From Marsupella aquatica (lineage: Eukaryota > Plantae > Marchantiophyta): 64,000 nucleotides of DNA. Below, in pieces: positions 41,272 to 55,790 of the stretch. The stretch spans positions 8,549,480-8,613,479 of the forward strand of contig OZ316892.1 of assembly GCA_973895155.1 (NCBI GenBank), in the 5' to 3' direction. The notes under the pieces are model-generated. The model was not told the origin of the DNA. It was given only the letters and a program-made list of their open reading frames with translations, and ran no database searches. Made by a program: the position numbers and the translations under genes. Numbering within the stretch: the stretch's first letter is position 1; each line of letters begins with the position of its first letter.

Positions 41272-44200
41272 ATGGACGATTCTTCAAGTTCGACCGGTTC
41301 CTATTCCGTGGACATGGATTCGTTATCGCCTTGGGGTGGTCAGGTATGGTAGCGATCCCCGAATCCCTTACAAATATTTCCGTCATCATCCTTAACGAGA
41401 GGGCGGAACGAAATCATCGGGTGCAAATGAGTTTGTCGTTGGGGCAGTGGAGAGGTGTTTCGCCACAGGTTGTTAAATGTGTAGTGCAGGTTTCGGGGCC
41501 TTGCAAAGTAATGCACATAGGAATTATACATGAAATGATCATTAGCTGACGTTACCACACATGACGCTCACAGTGATCACCATCTCCGCGGGTACTTCCC
41601 TAGTGAGGCTATTTACAATGATCTCCTCGAGAGCAAACGTGTGAAAACGCATACGCTGACCAATTAATGGGGACGAGAGAAGCATTCCAATTAGCTGCGG
41701 TGATGCATGCAAAGTAGCGAGGACTGTTGTCATACTGATTTCATTACGAAAGTGGTGGAAGCTTCGTGTCCTTTTCTCATCGTGTCCCTTGGATAGTATA
41801 CGCGGTGAAGCTTTCCAGTTGAAATAGACCACCACGAAGGGACGAGTATGCTGCTTCTAGAGGAATATCCATCGCTGCTCGTATGCTTTCATGCTCCATT
41901 GTCCAATTGGATGCTAGCAACTTCGCTCGTTGCCCTGTGTGGGCTCCTCTAGCGCCCTGCCGTTACTTTTCGCTGATGCCACGTCCAGGCATGGCAAGCA
42001 CTGCTCTTCACTTGGTAGCAACGCACCATCTGGAAAGTTATTTTGTCACTCACCAGTTTATATCTTCACCAGTTGCGAACATCTCTCGCTTGGGTTTGAG
42101 AAAGTTTGCCCTTCGTGACTTTTCGTTCCGGGCTGCCCAAGCGTCTGAAATCGGATTTTTAGCTGCCAATTTCATGCCATGCCAACATTACAGTGCCAGC
42201 GGAAGAGGGTTCACTTTTTTGATTGTTTCCAGTTTTGTCAAACCATCCGTAGAAAGAGTGTGGTCAAGGCATTTGGAGCCTGTAGGTCGCCTGCCCTAAT
42301 TTAGTCGTATTGGCGCTCATGCACGCTATCATTCTACCTGCAACCATTCGGAGGAGGTTGAATGATCTCCTGGACCCCACCGTTGAATAAGTAAAGGGAC
42401 GCATTGCGGCTCGTCGTTCATCCCTATGGCCTCTAAGCTCTACGTATACAAGCTTGCATCGATGGCTTTCATGGCCTCTCCTGGGCGGATTTGAAGAGTG
42501 CTGAGAGGGTGTTCTTGGCAAGATTTTGTGTGTAGACATATCTAAAATTCTGCGGCATACCTACAGTTCGCCACGTCCCGATTGTCGTCCTGGCTGAAGT
42601 GTAACATGCCGTTGAAAGTTCAGATGTTGGATTTTGATTTCATTCTTCATTACTGTCTTGGAAATTTTTGAGGTCTGTGCACACCAAGGCAAGCCAAGTC
42701 GGAATCTGATGGGCTTATTTTCTCTCTATCATGATTGTCCAGGAACACATGGTTCCAACAAATTTCGGCCCCATCTCGGTGCAAATTTATGGCGACCAGG
42801 GGAAGCCTGCTCTCATCACATACCCTGACGTGGGCCTAAACAGTGAGTACGACCTTCCTACGGCATTCTCACATGGATTAATTGGAATCCGCATGAAACG
42901 ACAGGAGTTCAATTACTTGATCTAATTTCAAGGCGGCTGATGTGGTCGTTAAACTATCGTCTTTGGCTTGCTGACCTTGCGTCGTTTTCCGTCCCTATCT
43001 GTGATCCAGGCGCGACGTGCTTCCAAGGCTTCTTCTCCTGCCCCGAGGCTTCATCACTGCTGCTCCACAATTTCTGCATATATCACGTTGATCCGCCTGG
43101 CCACGAGGTCCGTTGGAACTGTGAAATGGTCGTACCAGAGCTTTTAGAATCAGTGGCACGCATTAGAATTGTCCCGCAGCTCTCGGGCACAGTTGACAAC
43201 TTTCGGCATGATGCACCTGAACGCATTTTACATGTTTATCCTCATATGCCTCCTCATTTTATGCCCCGAGGTGGTGGGTCCTCGTTTGGTATGACTGTTA
43301 GTCTGGGCACCTACCTCCTCCGGAGGTAAGGGTTCAAGAGGAAGTTCCTGGAGTCCATTTGGGGACTGACATTGGATACCTGTGGGGCATTCCTTTTTGC
43401 AGCATGGAGCGAGTCAAATACCGGACGAGCAGCCAGTTCCTTGCGTGGACGATCTAGCAGACCAAGTGGCCGAGATCTTGGATTACTTCGGATTGCACGA
43501 AGTAATTGGATTGGGCGTGACGGCGGGTGCTTATGTTCTCACTCACCTTGCGGTTCGTCTCTTCACATTTACCCTCAAGTGAAATAATAATCCGAGCGAA
43601 TTGAGTTGACTCGGCACAATCAAACGCTTTAAACTCTTCCCTGGACTAGTAGCTAGAAGCAGATGTTTCCTCATCACCAACTGAAAGACTGTAGTATGCC
43701 ATTATTTACAAAATATGAGCTCATCCAATGTCAGCCTACGGTCCCAAAGGCCTAGCCTTGAGCTAACTCATTTAAGCCAAGGCATCGCTTGAAATTCTTG
43801 AGTTGGCCATTTTGGGATGGGCTCTTTCTTCCGCTGCCCGTCATCTTATGATTTGGAGTGGACAAACCTTTTTTTTCCTTCCCAAGTCTGGGCTGTCAAA
43901 TTCTGGGCACTATTTATTTCCCTTCGGACACGATGGGCTATCAAAATAATCTGTCGCTCTGGACCTCGTTTGCATATTTTCGTGATTTCCACTTCCGAAT
44001 CCCGGCCTCCCTCTGTGCGAGTGTGTTCGAGTGCGCTGCTTAGTTAGCTGGCAAACCAGCGGTTGTGACTAGGAAGTGATGGGAACCCATCACCAGTACT
44101 TTCTTGGAGAGCAACTGGCATTGTGCACGTGAAGGAAACGTAAGTAGAGGCTCTGCATGGTCTCAGAATGAGTAAGGCTGTGAGATTGAGCTGTGAGTGA

Positions 44201-47200
44201 GTTAGTAGGACACGGCCAAGAACATACTTACTGATCTTCTGCGTTGGTGGCCCATCTGGATGTGTGTCGTACAGCTGAAGTACAGAGAGCGTGTACTTGG
44301 ACTGATTCTTGTCTCGCCCATCTGTCAAGCTCCAAGCTGGTCGGAATGGATCTACAATAAGGCTCTCATCAATCTGATGTACTACTGGGGCATGACCAAC
44401 ATTGTAAAAGAGGCTTTCCTACAGCGCTATTTCGGACCGGTACCACACTCTCCTCACCACGCTCACAATACAACTGACTAGGACAGTGACATGTCTCTTC
44501 GAAGACACGATTCTGATTTGCAAAATGTTGGCGTGAAGAATGATGAACGTCTGATTTTGACAAGTTAGAAAGTTGGTCGTGCACGTTCATGGCGAGCGTT
44601 CTTTCTGATTGAGGGCGTACTTCCTTCTGTTGGGGCCGAATTGTGTGCACAGGAGACACGATTGTCGAGTCTCATGGGGTCGTACAGGAGGATTTTAGAT
44701 GAGGGGCAGCCCCACAACATCATGCGCTTCATGCAGACGATCCACCAACGGAAGGACTTGACACCCGGGCTGAGGAAGCTCAAATGCAGGACTCTGATCA
44801 TCGTTGGAGAGCAGTCGCCGTTCCATTCCGAAGCCCACCACACCAGCAACGCGATGGACCGCCGCTACAACGCCTTAATTGAGGTGAGTGCGTCATCGTT
44901 GGCATCCCTCGACTGACCTCTCATCATCACTCATCGGACGCTCTTGTCATTCTCTGGTCGCTTTGCTTCACTTCCCTTTCACTAAATCTTTCTGTGAACT
45001 GTCCTCTCCTCCTGTGTGCCCCATAATGCCACATGACCGCTCCACCTTTCTCTGAAATTGGAACGGGTTATTAGTTCTCTGCTTTTCCGTGCGGCGTGGC
45101 GACCAACATGAGCACCTTATTAGGTCCCTCTAAACCACCACCTGAGAGCTAGAGTTGCTCCAACTACCTGAACCAGGAAAAAGTTGTTCTCCACTAAGTT
45201 TCATGAAGAGCGTCCACAGTCCACGCTAAGTTGACCGCTGGTATGGTACGTAGAGAGTCTCCAAGTCTCTAAGTTGGACTGCTCTAAGATCCTAGTAGGT
45301 GGAGATGCTCTATGTCTCTGAGTTGGACTGCTCTAAGATAGTTCCTAGTAGGTAGAGACGCTTTAAGTCTCTAAGTTGGACTGCTATAAGATAGTTCCTA
45401 GTAGGTAGAGATGCTCTAAGTGTCAAAGTTGGACTGCTCTAAGGTGACAGTTCCGTGAAGGGTCTCCTATTAACTTGGACTTCTCTAAGATAGTCCAGGG
45501 AGGGGTCTCCTATCAGCTTCGACTGCTGTAAAGCAGTGTAGGCAGGTGCCTGTAGCCTAGAAGTTGGACTGCTGTAGTAGTTGGTGCCTCTGAGTCTCTT
45601 AGTTGGACTGCTCCTAGATAAAACTGCTGAAGAGTCTAAACTTGGGGACAGCTCTAAGACGGACACTAAGGAGTTTAAACAGTTTGGGACGGCTCTCAGA
45701 TCCACTTCTGAAGCATGTCTGAACCTGGGTTATGAGCGCCTGATGAGGCTTTAAAGTTGGGTTGCTCAACAAGATAGTCTTCAGAGGGTTTTAAATTAGG
45801 ATTGATTCCTTATCTACAGTGCCTGATTGTCACAGTCATGCCCACGCATGATCGGGTGTGAGTCTCCTACAGAGTTGGGTTCGCTCACCGACGAGTTTAC
45901 ACCTCCGTTTCTAAAGACTTCTTTCACATCCTGTGCCTGACGGAACATGAACGAGGACTCTACTATAGTGGACTGCCGTAGTGATGAATGAATTGGCCCT
46001 TTGTTGTTGTTCTTGTCTTGGGACCCTGCGATCAATCGGACATGCACGAGGGGTCTCGACAAGCAACTGTAGATCGGCTGAGTTGTCTCTCTTTCTGTGG
46101 GCCATGCCAATAAAAGGGCCAGCAAACAATTCTTGTATAGCATCCCGCTATGGCGTGCTTGCTTACCTTTTTTTTACCTTTCGCTCCATTATTCTCGCTC
46201 AGCGTGGCCCACCACGGAAGGGAGATTGTGAATTATTGGACGTCATGACGTTCATGGCGTGCGAAGGTTTGTGGTGTGTCACCCCATCCTGACGTCAAGC
46301 TTTCAGCGAGTAGTAGATTGGAGCCCAACCGGGTGATCAAGCACAATTAAGTATCAGGCATTCCGTGGTACTTTTTTGTTCCCTGTGCTTGCCTCTTCTG
46401 TCCACAACTTTTCCTTCTACTGTCGTAGATGGCCTATAGTATTCGCGACTTTGGGAATCTCTTGGAAAAGAGAAAGAAGAGCCTACCGAGTTGCCAATTG
46501 TTGAGAGGCTCCCAGGAGTTCTCGACGCTCTGACGTGGAACTGAGGGCACGGACTTAGACCGGAGAGTGCAGCTAGCCCACGGTAGTAGACAGTTCTCTA
46601 GTGTCTGACATAGCAATGCTATGGAGATGACCTGTATCCCAATTCTGCTTTTGGAGGGTGATGTACCCTTTAATTGCTTTCCAGACTGGACTGCATGGAG
46701 TCCTGTAGACGCAACGGATTCCCGGGTGACCCGACGTCCTCAGCATACCTTCTGTGAAGATTAGATGGGTTTTTTTCAAATCTAATAGTTATGCTTTCTT
46801 TTAAGCGCGGATTGACTTCTGGAGGAGTAGGAGTGGAAGACCCACTAATTGAGTTCACTTATTCAATCGCAGTGCTTATGTCCACTTGCGATTTCGTGTA
46901 GTTTCTCTTAATATACAAGAGGAAACATCATCATTATTTAGGTGGATATCTCGCACATGGGGACAAAACCCGACCGATTCTGTCTATGTATGAACATATT
47001 TTTGGTGGGAAAGTCAATCCACTTTTTGACATGATTGTTCGTAGTCGGAAAGTCAACTGGGCTGGAGGTAGAAAATTTTAGCAGTTTTAAGTAATTATTT
47101 TTGTGAAGTAAAGCACAAAGGCTTGACCTTATGTGCATTTCCTTTTTTTGTGCAGGTTCAAGCATGCGGATCGCTGGTGACAGAGGAGCAACCGCACTCC

Positions 47201-47392
47201 ATGCTGGTACCGATCGAGTACTTTCTGATGGGATACGGATTCTTCAGGCCTCCGCAACTCACTAGCCACTCTACTCCTACTAGCCCTCTAAGCCCCCCAT
47301 GTATCTCATCCGAATTATTATCTCCGGAAAGCCTCGGCCTAAAACTTAAACCCATAAAAACCCGTATAGCCATGGCGGAAGAGTGTTGCTGA
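41272..47392 (+). CDS. NDL: NDR family / N-MYC downregulated-like (pollen-specific SF21-like) protein, 350 aa, 7 exons
   Basis: Exons 41272-41343, 42743-42842, 43010-43107, 43403-43552, 44275-44439, 44653-44883, 47156-47392, all GT-AG and phase-consistent; motifs [63 protein letters not shown]. Confidence 0.96.
45227..45780. repeat. Intronic minisatellite, about 45-55-bp unit, roughly 10-12 degenerate copies
   Basis: Core AAGTTGGACTGCTCTAAG recurs at ~45271, 45321, 45373, 45427, 45562, 45601; the best copies add CCTAGTAGGT.GAGATGCTCT. Confidence 0.85.
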
Positions 47393-49845
47393 CTTCGTTG
47401 GGAATAGTCCATAGAGTAAGAGAGACGAAAGAGATTTTGAGAGTATAAGAAGTTTTTCGGAGGCTGGGATTTGCTGTGATTGATACATCTAATCACTCAT
47501 GGAACTTACCCCCCTCCATGCCCGCTTCTTCGTAACAAAGCCCTCAAGTTGATGTGTGCAGTCCTGACACTAGTGTATCTCCGCTGATCAGAACTGCCCA
47601 CATCAGTGCTTGAGATCTGTAGATGAGAGGAAAAACGCTCCTTGTTCTTCCACGTCGAAGGCCAAGCGGGTACTAGTAGTAAATGTGTAGATTGTTATTC
47701 TTGGTGGAGAAATGCACACCATTTGATACTGCAAAAGATATCCAAGACCAACTAGCGAAAGGAAAGAATCCTGTGACACATTGCAAAATAAAAGGAACCT
47801 GTACATTATTTACCATTACTCCTCCCAGATATGCAGCAGCTTAGTGTCTCAACTCTTAGCTTAGTGCCTCTGGGTTGTGTAGAAAGAAAGAGAACAAGGC
47901 GAGGCCGACTGAGACAACCTGGTCGCACCTTCAATGTCAGTGGCTACTATTCTGCTTTGGATCCTCGTCCTTCTTGCAGCCCTCCGACCGTGGAGTTGCA
48001 TGAGGTCGACTGTCATCAATACACGTGCAATAAAGGATCTGTATTATACTCTTATTGCCATCTTTGCGTCACCAATTCCTGTTGCATCATACTTGAATTG
48101 AATTTGGACCATCAATCATCCTCTCTGACCTCCAATTGTCATTTCTTTAGATAGGAGATTAGAGAGGATTAGAGAGGATGTCTGAACGTGTTGCACACTG
48201 AAGCATCTGCGGACATGTCGCATAAAATTCGTAAGACAGAATGCCGTTCAAGTTTGTAGGTAGCCGATGTTGTAGTAACCAAATTGAACTTCCAATTTTG
48301 CTAATCCTCTCGATGTTAACTTGAATTTCCGGACGAGCAACCTCGACATGTCCGTGGATTTCAATATTCAATTAAGACGTGCCGTTAAATACTACAGGTA
48401 GCCTACGTTTGCAGCGATGAAAGTGAGCTTCCATTTCCTGTAGCCCTTCAAATTCATGCCCTAATTGCATGTTGACGTTCATCCAAACATGGTGGCGAAT
48501 GTTGGGGGGCATGAAACCGGAAGTACAGAATTTAGGTTGAATCCAATCGAAGAGAATGGAGAGATATGTGCTTAAATGCCTGAACGTTCTATGTTAGTTT
48601 GATTAGTGCCACGAGTCACGTGAACATTTCACCCATGCCAGCTCAAAATTAACGTCGATCGGTCTGTCCCCTGCTGCCACCTTACTGACCTACAGATCTC
48701 ATCTGCTCGGCAGTTTCTTGACTCTCCATGGAATTGGAGTAGCTACGAAGACTACAAAGGGAAACTCTCTGCGATGTCTGCTGAAATTTTGCCTTCATTT
48801 TGAGATAGTGTTTCAAATCGGTTCATGGTTTGGAAGTTCATATCATATGTTTTTTAGGAGTTTCTTTGATCATCTCGGCCTTGACCCTTTTCTCCATTGT
48901 GGTTTGTACTTAGTTGACAAACATCCAACAGAAAAAGTATCGTAACTATCTCTAAACCTTCAATAAGGTTTCATGACAAATATCCAATTGAACAGAGAAG
49001 TATCACAACTATCCTTAAGGTCTTAACAAATTGCCAAAGATACTCTTCCTGTCCTTGTAGATAAGACTTAGTGTGGATCTCGGATGTGCGTTTCTATGAA
49101 CAGTTCTATTTAAAAGTCATCACACCACTTCAACCATCAGATGCTTTTTATAATTGGTTGAGAGGCCCAAAGTGACCACACGACTTCTAGACTGTTTGAA
49201 TGTGTGCTTGAATTAAGACCATCCATACCAGTTGCACCCTCCTCCCACCTTTTTTTATTTGTACTTAGCAGTGCAATTATCTGGAGTAATACTGGGGCAG
49301 ATATGTGAAGGCCCTGGGCCGATCTTTCCACCTACCAAAAATAAGATAAATCTGAGTCATGCTCCAAACACCCTACAGCCCTTTTACAAGGGCAATGTCC
49401 CCTGAAAAAACCCTCTGGCAGACCTGCCTTCAGGCTTTATCCAGGACGATGCCCTCATGAGCGAGGTTTACTATACACATTAAAGAGACAGTCAAGGCAA
49501 AAGCCAAGTATGTAATCATGACGACGCAGGCTATCATCGTCAACTAATAGGTAAGATCTACATCCTTCTAACGGCAATGAAATCGACATTACTCTCTTAA
49601 CCGAGCATCTCTCATTCAGTCAGAAAATGTGGAGCTGGAAATATCGCTGACGAAGCAAGGTCCCAACAATTTCAGCCAGCCAACCGGTGGTCCATTCACA
49701 AACGCTGACTGATCATAAAAATTGAAAGTCGTGGCTTTTTAAATTTATGGGACAGGATAAAACTCCAAAGAATGACTGAACGGAGCAGCCTATAGAATGG
49801 ACCGTAACAAAGCGATTACGGACTAGAACCAGAGCAAAAAGTGGC

Positions 49846-52800
49846 TCATCCATTCTCTGTCCACACAAAAGCTAGTAATACAAGAGCAAACAAGCCGGTC
49901 AGAACGGAAGCAGCATAGATCCATTCGGTCAATTTCAGCCGTGAGCTCGCTTGCCCGGTCTTCTCAACTTCGCTCAAAATCTTGCGAATTTTCTCCATGT
50001 CGCCGTCCTTGGCAGCTTTAACGAACGCATCTTCGTTCTTCATCATTAGCTTGCTCTTCAGGAATTTCACCTCGTCTCGTCTTGACCACAAGAAGCTAGT
50101 CAGTCTCCACAGCAGTATGCCCATGTATATTCCAGCCACCACATCCACACTGTAATGGTGGCGTTCTCTTATCTCCCTTTGGGCAGAATGGAGAACCAGC
50201 AACCACACTAACCCAGCGGTCCACCCTGGGTATGCTTCCTGCAAACAATGTGCATTTTACTCCCACATGATTGCCATAAACACAAAAGGCTAATCTTGGG
50301 AAGCCAGGGCTGGAAATACACCTCCATATATGCACTCCGTTATATGTGTAGCAGAACATAGCGATTAAAAAGCAAGAACATTATACTAATCATACTGAAA
50401 CAATACGGACCTTATGAGTCTCCTGCAAAAATTAACGAAAACAAACCTCAAAAAACCTAGGCTGTTGACTAAAACCATGCACATTTTCCAGTTAATAGTG
50501 AGATAGATGGGACAACGCACCGTCCATGCCATGGCAGTGAGAACAGAGACCAAGATGTGTCCACTGAAAATTAAATCATTGCAACCGCCTCCAGCTCGTT
50601 TCAGCGTAGAAAACCAGGACTCCCCTTGAAATTCGGGGAAGTTCTCGGGATCCGGAGGCCTCAGGAGATTAACCAAGAACTGCATGCTGCCCCAGTTGGG
50701 TACGTACTCGGCTGGGTACTCTGCTGCGGAAGCTGCAATGGCGACAATGGCACCATTGGTAATGTAGCCATAAGATGTATATCTCTTGCTTTGACCAAGG
50801 AGAGACATAAGCGCACAATGAAATTACTGCTGTCCATGTCACCTATTCAATGTTATAACCTATGTAGCAGGATACAGTTTGCTTCACCATTTCTACCCCC
50901 ACAAAAAAGGACTCACAGGCATTTCATATGCATTGGCTAGTTTCACTAAGCATAGACAAGAGGTGAGACTCGGAAAAGTTTGATTGAAAAAGTTACATTG
51001 TTACTCATCTTACCAATAAGTTCATCATTTCGTAAAAGCTTCCGAACCATCTCCGGATTGCTTGCATAAGGAATGTAATACTTTTGGGCCCAGGGGTGAG
51101 GATGACTTGCAGTTCGGAAACGGCCATGAGCGCACCAAGGCCGCGCTGATGGAATGATTGTAGGGACGAAGGTCATCACACGTAGAAGCCGACCAATCCC
51201 CATGGCAAACATGTATCGTGCTCCGAGACCCATGCCTGGAGCTTTCACACAGTCGTAAAGTACAGAGAAGGGCAGGAAAAGGAACAGTATCAAATAGTGG
51301 TGAAGACCAATCAAGGGAGCACGAAGAACGGTCACCATCCATGGAGGAAGCTGTTCATTCAGGTAAAGAAACAGCCATTGCCCAGTGTCAGGGAGGGGTG
51401 CTGAAGCCCTGCACAATACGATGGCATGAAACCATGTAAGGCTGTTGCAGTAGATAAATCACAAATACGACCCACCAGAACCAAGCTCTTCAGCAGACAT
51501 AAGTCTTTGCAAACACAAACTGTTCAAGTGATCAAACCAAGCATATATACGACGGCAGGACTCAAAATTTACTGATGCAAATTATCCATATCAGAGGCCG
51601 CATAAGCCACCTATAGGAACATACAAAATAGATACGCTCAAGACCTTAGGCACCATCATTCTCAGACGTCATTTGAATAGGTGAACCTTCCGATCGAGCG
51701 GGGATACTTAGGGGTAGAAAAACCACGATGGACCAGGCAGAGATGCATACACACAGATACTTGTAGTTCTGTAACAACATTTCTAATTCAGACATTGGTG
51801 ACATGAAAGCAACCGGCTTAAAAGAAGCTTAGGGCATTATACAAATGTCCTCTGAAGGAAGGACATAAAAATGCCCTTTGAAGGAATGCTCAATTCGAGA
51901 GCCGGCATGAGTGAAGAGGAAATAGCTGTCGTTATCTACTTTAAGATTCGAGCATCGTGGCAGAGTAAGACTACCACTGGAGGACTTCACAAGTTTCTGC
52001 ACGCAATGTATGAGATTCCAAGTACACTAGCAGATTAGAGAACTGTCTTTTAACCGACTAATTACAAACAGGGCCACTAAAACATGTAAGAAATTCTATG
52101 TCCAGGACAGTTACGAACAGCCGATACACCATGAAGCGAACGAGCGTGACTTATCCTATGTATTATACTTAACCAACCCGCCCTCGACAATTCAGCAGAC
52201 ATCACACAAATCTCTGGGAACAGTACCATGAATTTGACCTCTAGCAGACAAATGAAGCCACAATAACAGGACCCCAAAACGACAATTGACCGGCTGCTAC
52301 GTGCAATTTGGATGCAAAGCCAGAAAACGATGAACGAACTGAATGTCACTTCCACATGGACCCAATCCGGCCATGACACCAGAAATTTTGTGTAGGTTTC
52401 CAATTTCAGCGTCGCTGACAAGGAGGCGAAAGAAAAAACGGAATATTATAGAATAAGCCGCTTGCTCACTAAACGCAGTATTCAAGCTATACTCCTAATA
52501 AATTCAGAACCTGCACGAAGATTGACCTCCAAAATTTGTTACTCTCCTACAAACCTGAGGAGTTACTTTATCTTTAGTCCGACCGATTAATCGTAGAAAC
52601 TGAGGGGATGATTCAAGAGAGTCAGTGAATGAGTTTTTGGATTGAATGATTGATGTCGGAAGGAAGGAAGACGACAGTACACGGGGTGGAGTACAGAGCC
52701 ACAATTGGAAATTCTACATCTGCGAGAGAGAATGTAAGAATCAATTTGAAAGATTTACAATCTCCAATTCGAAACAGATACGATTTGAATTGAGGTGATT

Positions 52801-53173
52801 CGAATCGAAATAGATTGAACGGGGACAGGAAAACGCAGACAAGGATTCCAAGAATAGATGAGTCGTACCAATGCCAATCCAGACCCAGTACAGTGGTGAC
52901 AAACTGCACGGAGATGGCCTCCAAGATAAGAGCGCTGAGCATGAACAGCAAACTGCCCACAAAAACTCCCACACATCTCAGCTCCTTCTTCCAGTGGGGA
53001 TAGAAGGGCGCCCGAGAAGCCAACGCTACAGCCAGAAATCCCCACAGCCATGGCTGCAGCCTACGATGCAAATCCGGCTTCAGTTCTCGTAAGTAGTCCA
53101 CTGTGATGTACGCCACTGCTGCGACCCCCACCGCCTTTGGCATCGGCGTCCATCCCATTCCCCACCTGCCCAT
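49846..53173 (-). CDS. PLM: Sphingomyelin-synthase-like membrane protein (PHLOEM UNLOADING MODULATOR family, PAP2_C domain), 434 aa, 4 exons
   Basis: Exons 53173-52869, 51408-51014, 50732-50521, 50238-49846, phase-consistent GT-AG; motifs PLPDTGQW, IPSARPWC, GGGCNDLIFSGH, RERHHYSVDV. Confidence 0.93.
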
Positions 53174-55036
53174 CTCTTCCCTTCTCCCAACCAACCAACC
53201 AACACAATATTGGAATGCAATCTATCCTCTCCTCATCAGATTTGTGGATTCGTCATAGCAGAATCCTTCTTCTGCTCCGCCCAGACATCAAACAGCCAGC
53301 CCCTTACTGACTCCTCTCCAGGTTGTTGAGAGAGCTCAATTCCATCTCTCCAATTTCATCGTTTCACGTCAATCTCTCCAAGTCGTGGACATATCTCGTC
53401 ATTTCCAGCGAACAAGGATCAACCTGACAACAAGACTATTGCCTCTCCTGTTTCTCGTTTTCTCCTTCCAATGGCAACCTGTGTGCATCTCTGGATGTGC
53501 CATAGCGCTGCTGCTGTCCCTATTGGCTGACATTTCTGTTGCCATGGCTCAATTGGCCGGCTGTGGGATTCCAACTCCATCCACTCATCCCGTCGTTCTC
53601 TATGCCTGACCAAAATTCCAGGAAAGTCTATGCGCCTCAGAATCTGTGTCAAAATTTGTTGTTGAAGGCAGCGCAATCGGCACACGCCTGTGCTGCAATG
53701 GGTACGAGACCCTTCCTCCTCCCATCTTCTACTTCTGACTCGAGCAAAACCACCCTTCTCTTGTCCATTTCAAACTCTACCGGGTAGAATAGAGTTTCCT
53801 CCATGCTTACTCTCGCTCATCCATTCATTTTCCCACCTTTTAGATCCCCTTCAAGCCGGCCTCCGTCTCTCCACTGACAAATCTTAGTTGTTTTTTCTCC
53901 TCGTGCTTCCATGCTATTCCTGAAATTCTCTTCTTCCCGTGGTCCTTTCATCAGATTCGTCTGATTCTGGTTTCCTGCCTCTTCTAGTATAGACTTCGCC
54001 AGCATGCGGGGGGCAGCAACCCTTTCTTCCGTGCTGACTGAGACAGCTATTATAAAAAGCTTGCAGTCTCGTGATCAAGCCAATGGATGAATGGAAAGTA
54101 CATTAACGAAAGTACTGTACCGTGTACTTTTCCCCGCCTCATCATTCACTCACTGAACTCACGCATTCCTTACTAAAAGCATCATTATTCAATTCTTTTC
54201 TCACACGGCTTCTGCGGTTCTGCCCCCTTTCTCTCTAGCCATCCATTAATTAAAAGCTGCGCTGTACCAAACTTCCAACATGCAACGACAAATTCCGATC
54301 TTCGCTGACATAACAACTCCAATCACATGAGGGAAGCAGGAAGCTCAGTTTTGGAAAAGACAGAACTGACGACCGTCCCCCAGTTCCAAATGGATCGAAC
54401 TACCCAGCCAATTTTCCGTCGGGCCGAACAATTCACCTGCTCCCAACAAAACCCACGACTCGGATTTTGGATCCAATGTCTTCGTCGATCCGATTTTGGC
54501 ATGATTTACAGGAGTCTTTGGCGTTATTTTCGTCAGCGAACGGATGAGGCGAAGAATTCTGTTGACTGGAATAGAAGAGAGGCAGACAAGTACTGACGGA
54601 TCGGTGTTTAGCAATGTCAGTTGGCTCCGTGGCAAAGTTAGCATCTCCGATTCGTCGGTGTTTATCAGTCTGTCGTCTGTCCTCGGCTCTCATCCATTGG
54701 CGTCTTGAAAGATGACAAGTGGGATTATTTTGTCGGTACTGTAGGAAATCTCGCATTAGATTGGTCGGCATTATCACAAACTCGTGCACCTGGCATTACG
54801 ATCTTGTTAACTAGGGTCATCCTAATGAACTACGGTTAGCTGTGTCAAGTTGGGAAGTCAGTTTAGGGTTAATTAATGAAAATTAGAATCATTTGTAATT
54901 ACTTTTATTTCGGTCATTACTGGCCCTTGAGATTTACAGTTGAACAGGTAGTAGCAATCGACCCCGGTTTGAGCTGTCGGACAACTTGTCATTTGTCGCC
55001 CGAAAATGACCCTATTTGTCGCATATTCCTTCTTAT

Positions 55037-55206
55037 GCCCCGGTCCGGCCCCGGCCCGGCCCGGCCAGGCCCAATCCCTTCCCGGCGCGGCCCATTCCCT
55101 CCCCGACTAATCCCGGCCCCTTCCATTCCCGGCTCGGTCCGGCACCCGACTCGGCCCGGTCCCTTCCCGGCCCGGCCCCGCATCCCGCCCGGCCTCACAA
55201 ACACTA
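55037..55206 (-). repeat. C-rich (CCCGG) array ending in a hAT-like terminus, inverted relative to the following array
   Basis: Reverse complement reads TAGTGTTTGTGAGGCCGGGCGGGATGCGGGGCCGGG..., homologous to the start of the G-rich array at 55208. Confidence 0.75.
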
Positions 55207-55207
55207 G

Positions 55208-55790
55208 GTGAGGGCGGGCCGAGTGCGGGGCCGGGCGGGATGCGGGACCGGGCCGGGAAGGGGCCGGGCCGGGCCGGGACGGGGCAGGGCCGGGAATGGA
55301 AGGGGCCGGGCCGGGAAGGGGCCGGGCCGGGAATGGAAGGGCAGGACCGGGAATGGGCCGGGAATGGAAGGGCAGGGAATGGAATGGGCCGGGAGTGGAA
55401 TGGGCAGGGCCGGGAATGGCAGGGCCGGGAATGGGAGGGCCGGGAAGGGGCAGGGCCGGGCCGGGAATGGGAGGGGCCGGGCCGGGAAGGGGCAGGGCCG
55501 GGCCGGGAAGAGACCGGGCCGGGAACGAGAAGGGACCGGGCCGGGAACGGGATGCGGGGCCGGGCCGGGAAGGGACAGGGCCGGGAATGGAAGGGGCCTG
55601 GCCGGGAAGGGACAGGGCCGGGAATGGAAGAGGCAGGGCCGGGAATGGTAGGGGCCGGGAATGGGAGGGGCAGGGCCGGGGAGGGGAAGGGACCGGGCCG
55701 GGAAGGGGAAGGGACCGGGCGGGATGTGGGGCCGGGCCGGGCCGGGGGAAGAGACCGGGCCGGGACCGGGGCGGGGAGTTCGGTCCGGGG
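55208..55790 (+). repeat. G-rich subterminal repeat array (GGGCC/GGGAA units)
   Basis: Dozens of GGGCCGGGAA(TGG/GGG) units; typical of hAT subterminal transposase-binding arrays. Confidence 0.9.

Noticed and set aside
45227-45780. CRISPR-like regular repeats
   Set aside because: The intervening sequences are themselves homologous, the array lies in a plant intron, and there are no cas genes.
55190-55210. Helitron 3' end (CTAG)
   Set aside because: No upstream palindrome hairpin, not followed by T; the sequence matches the opposing hAT-like terminus instead.
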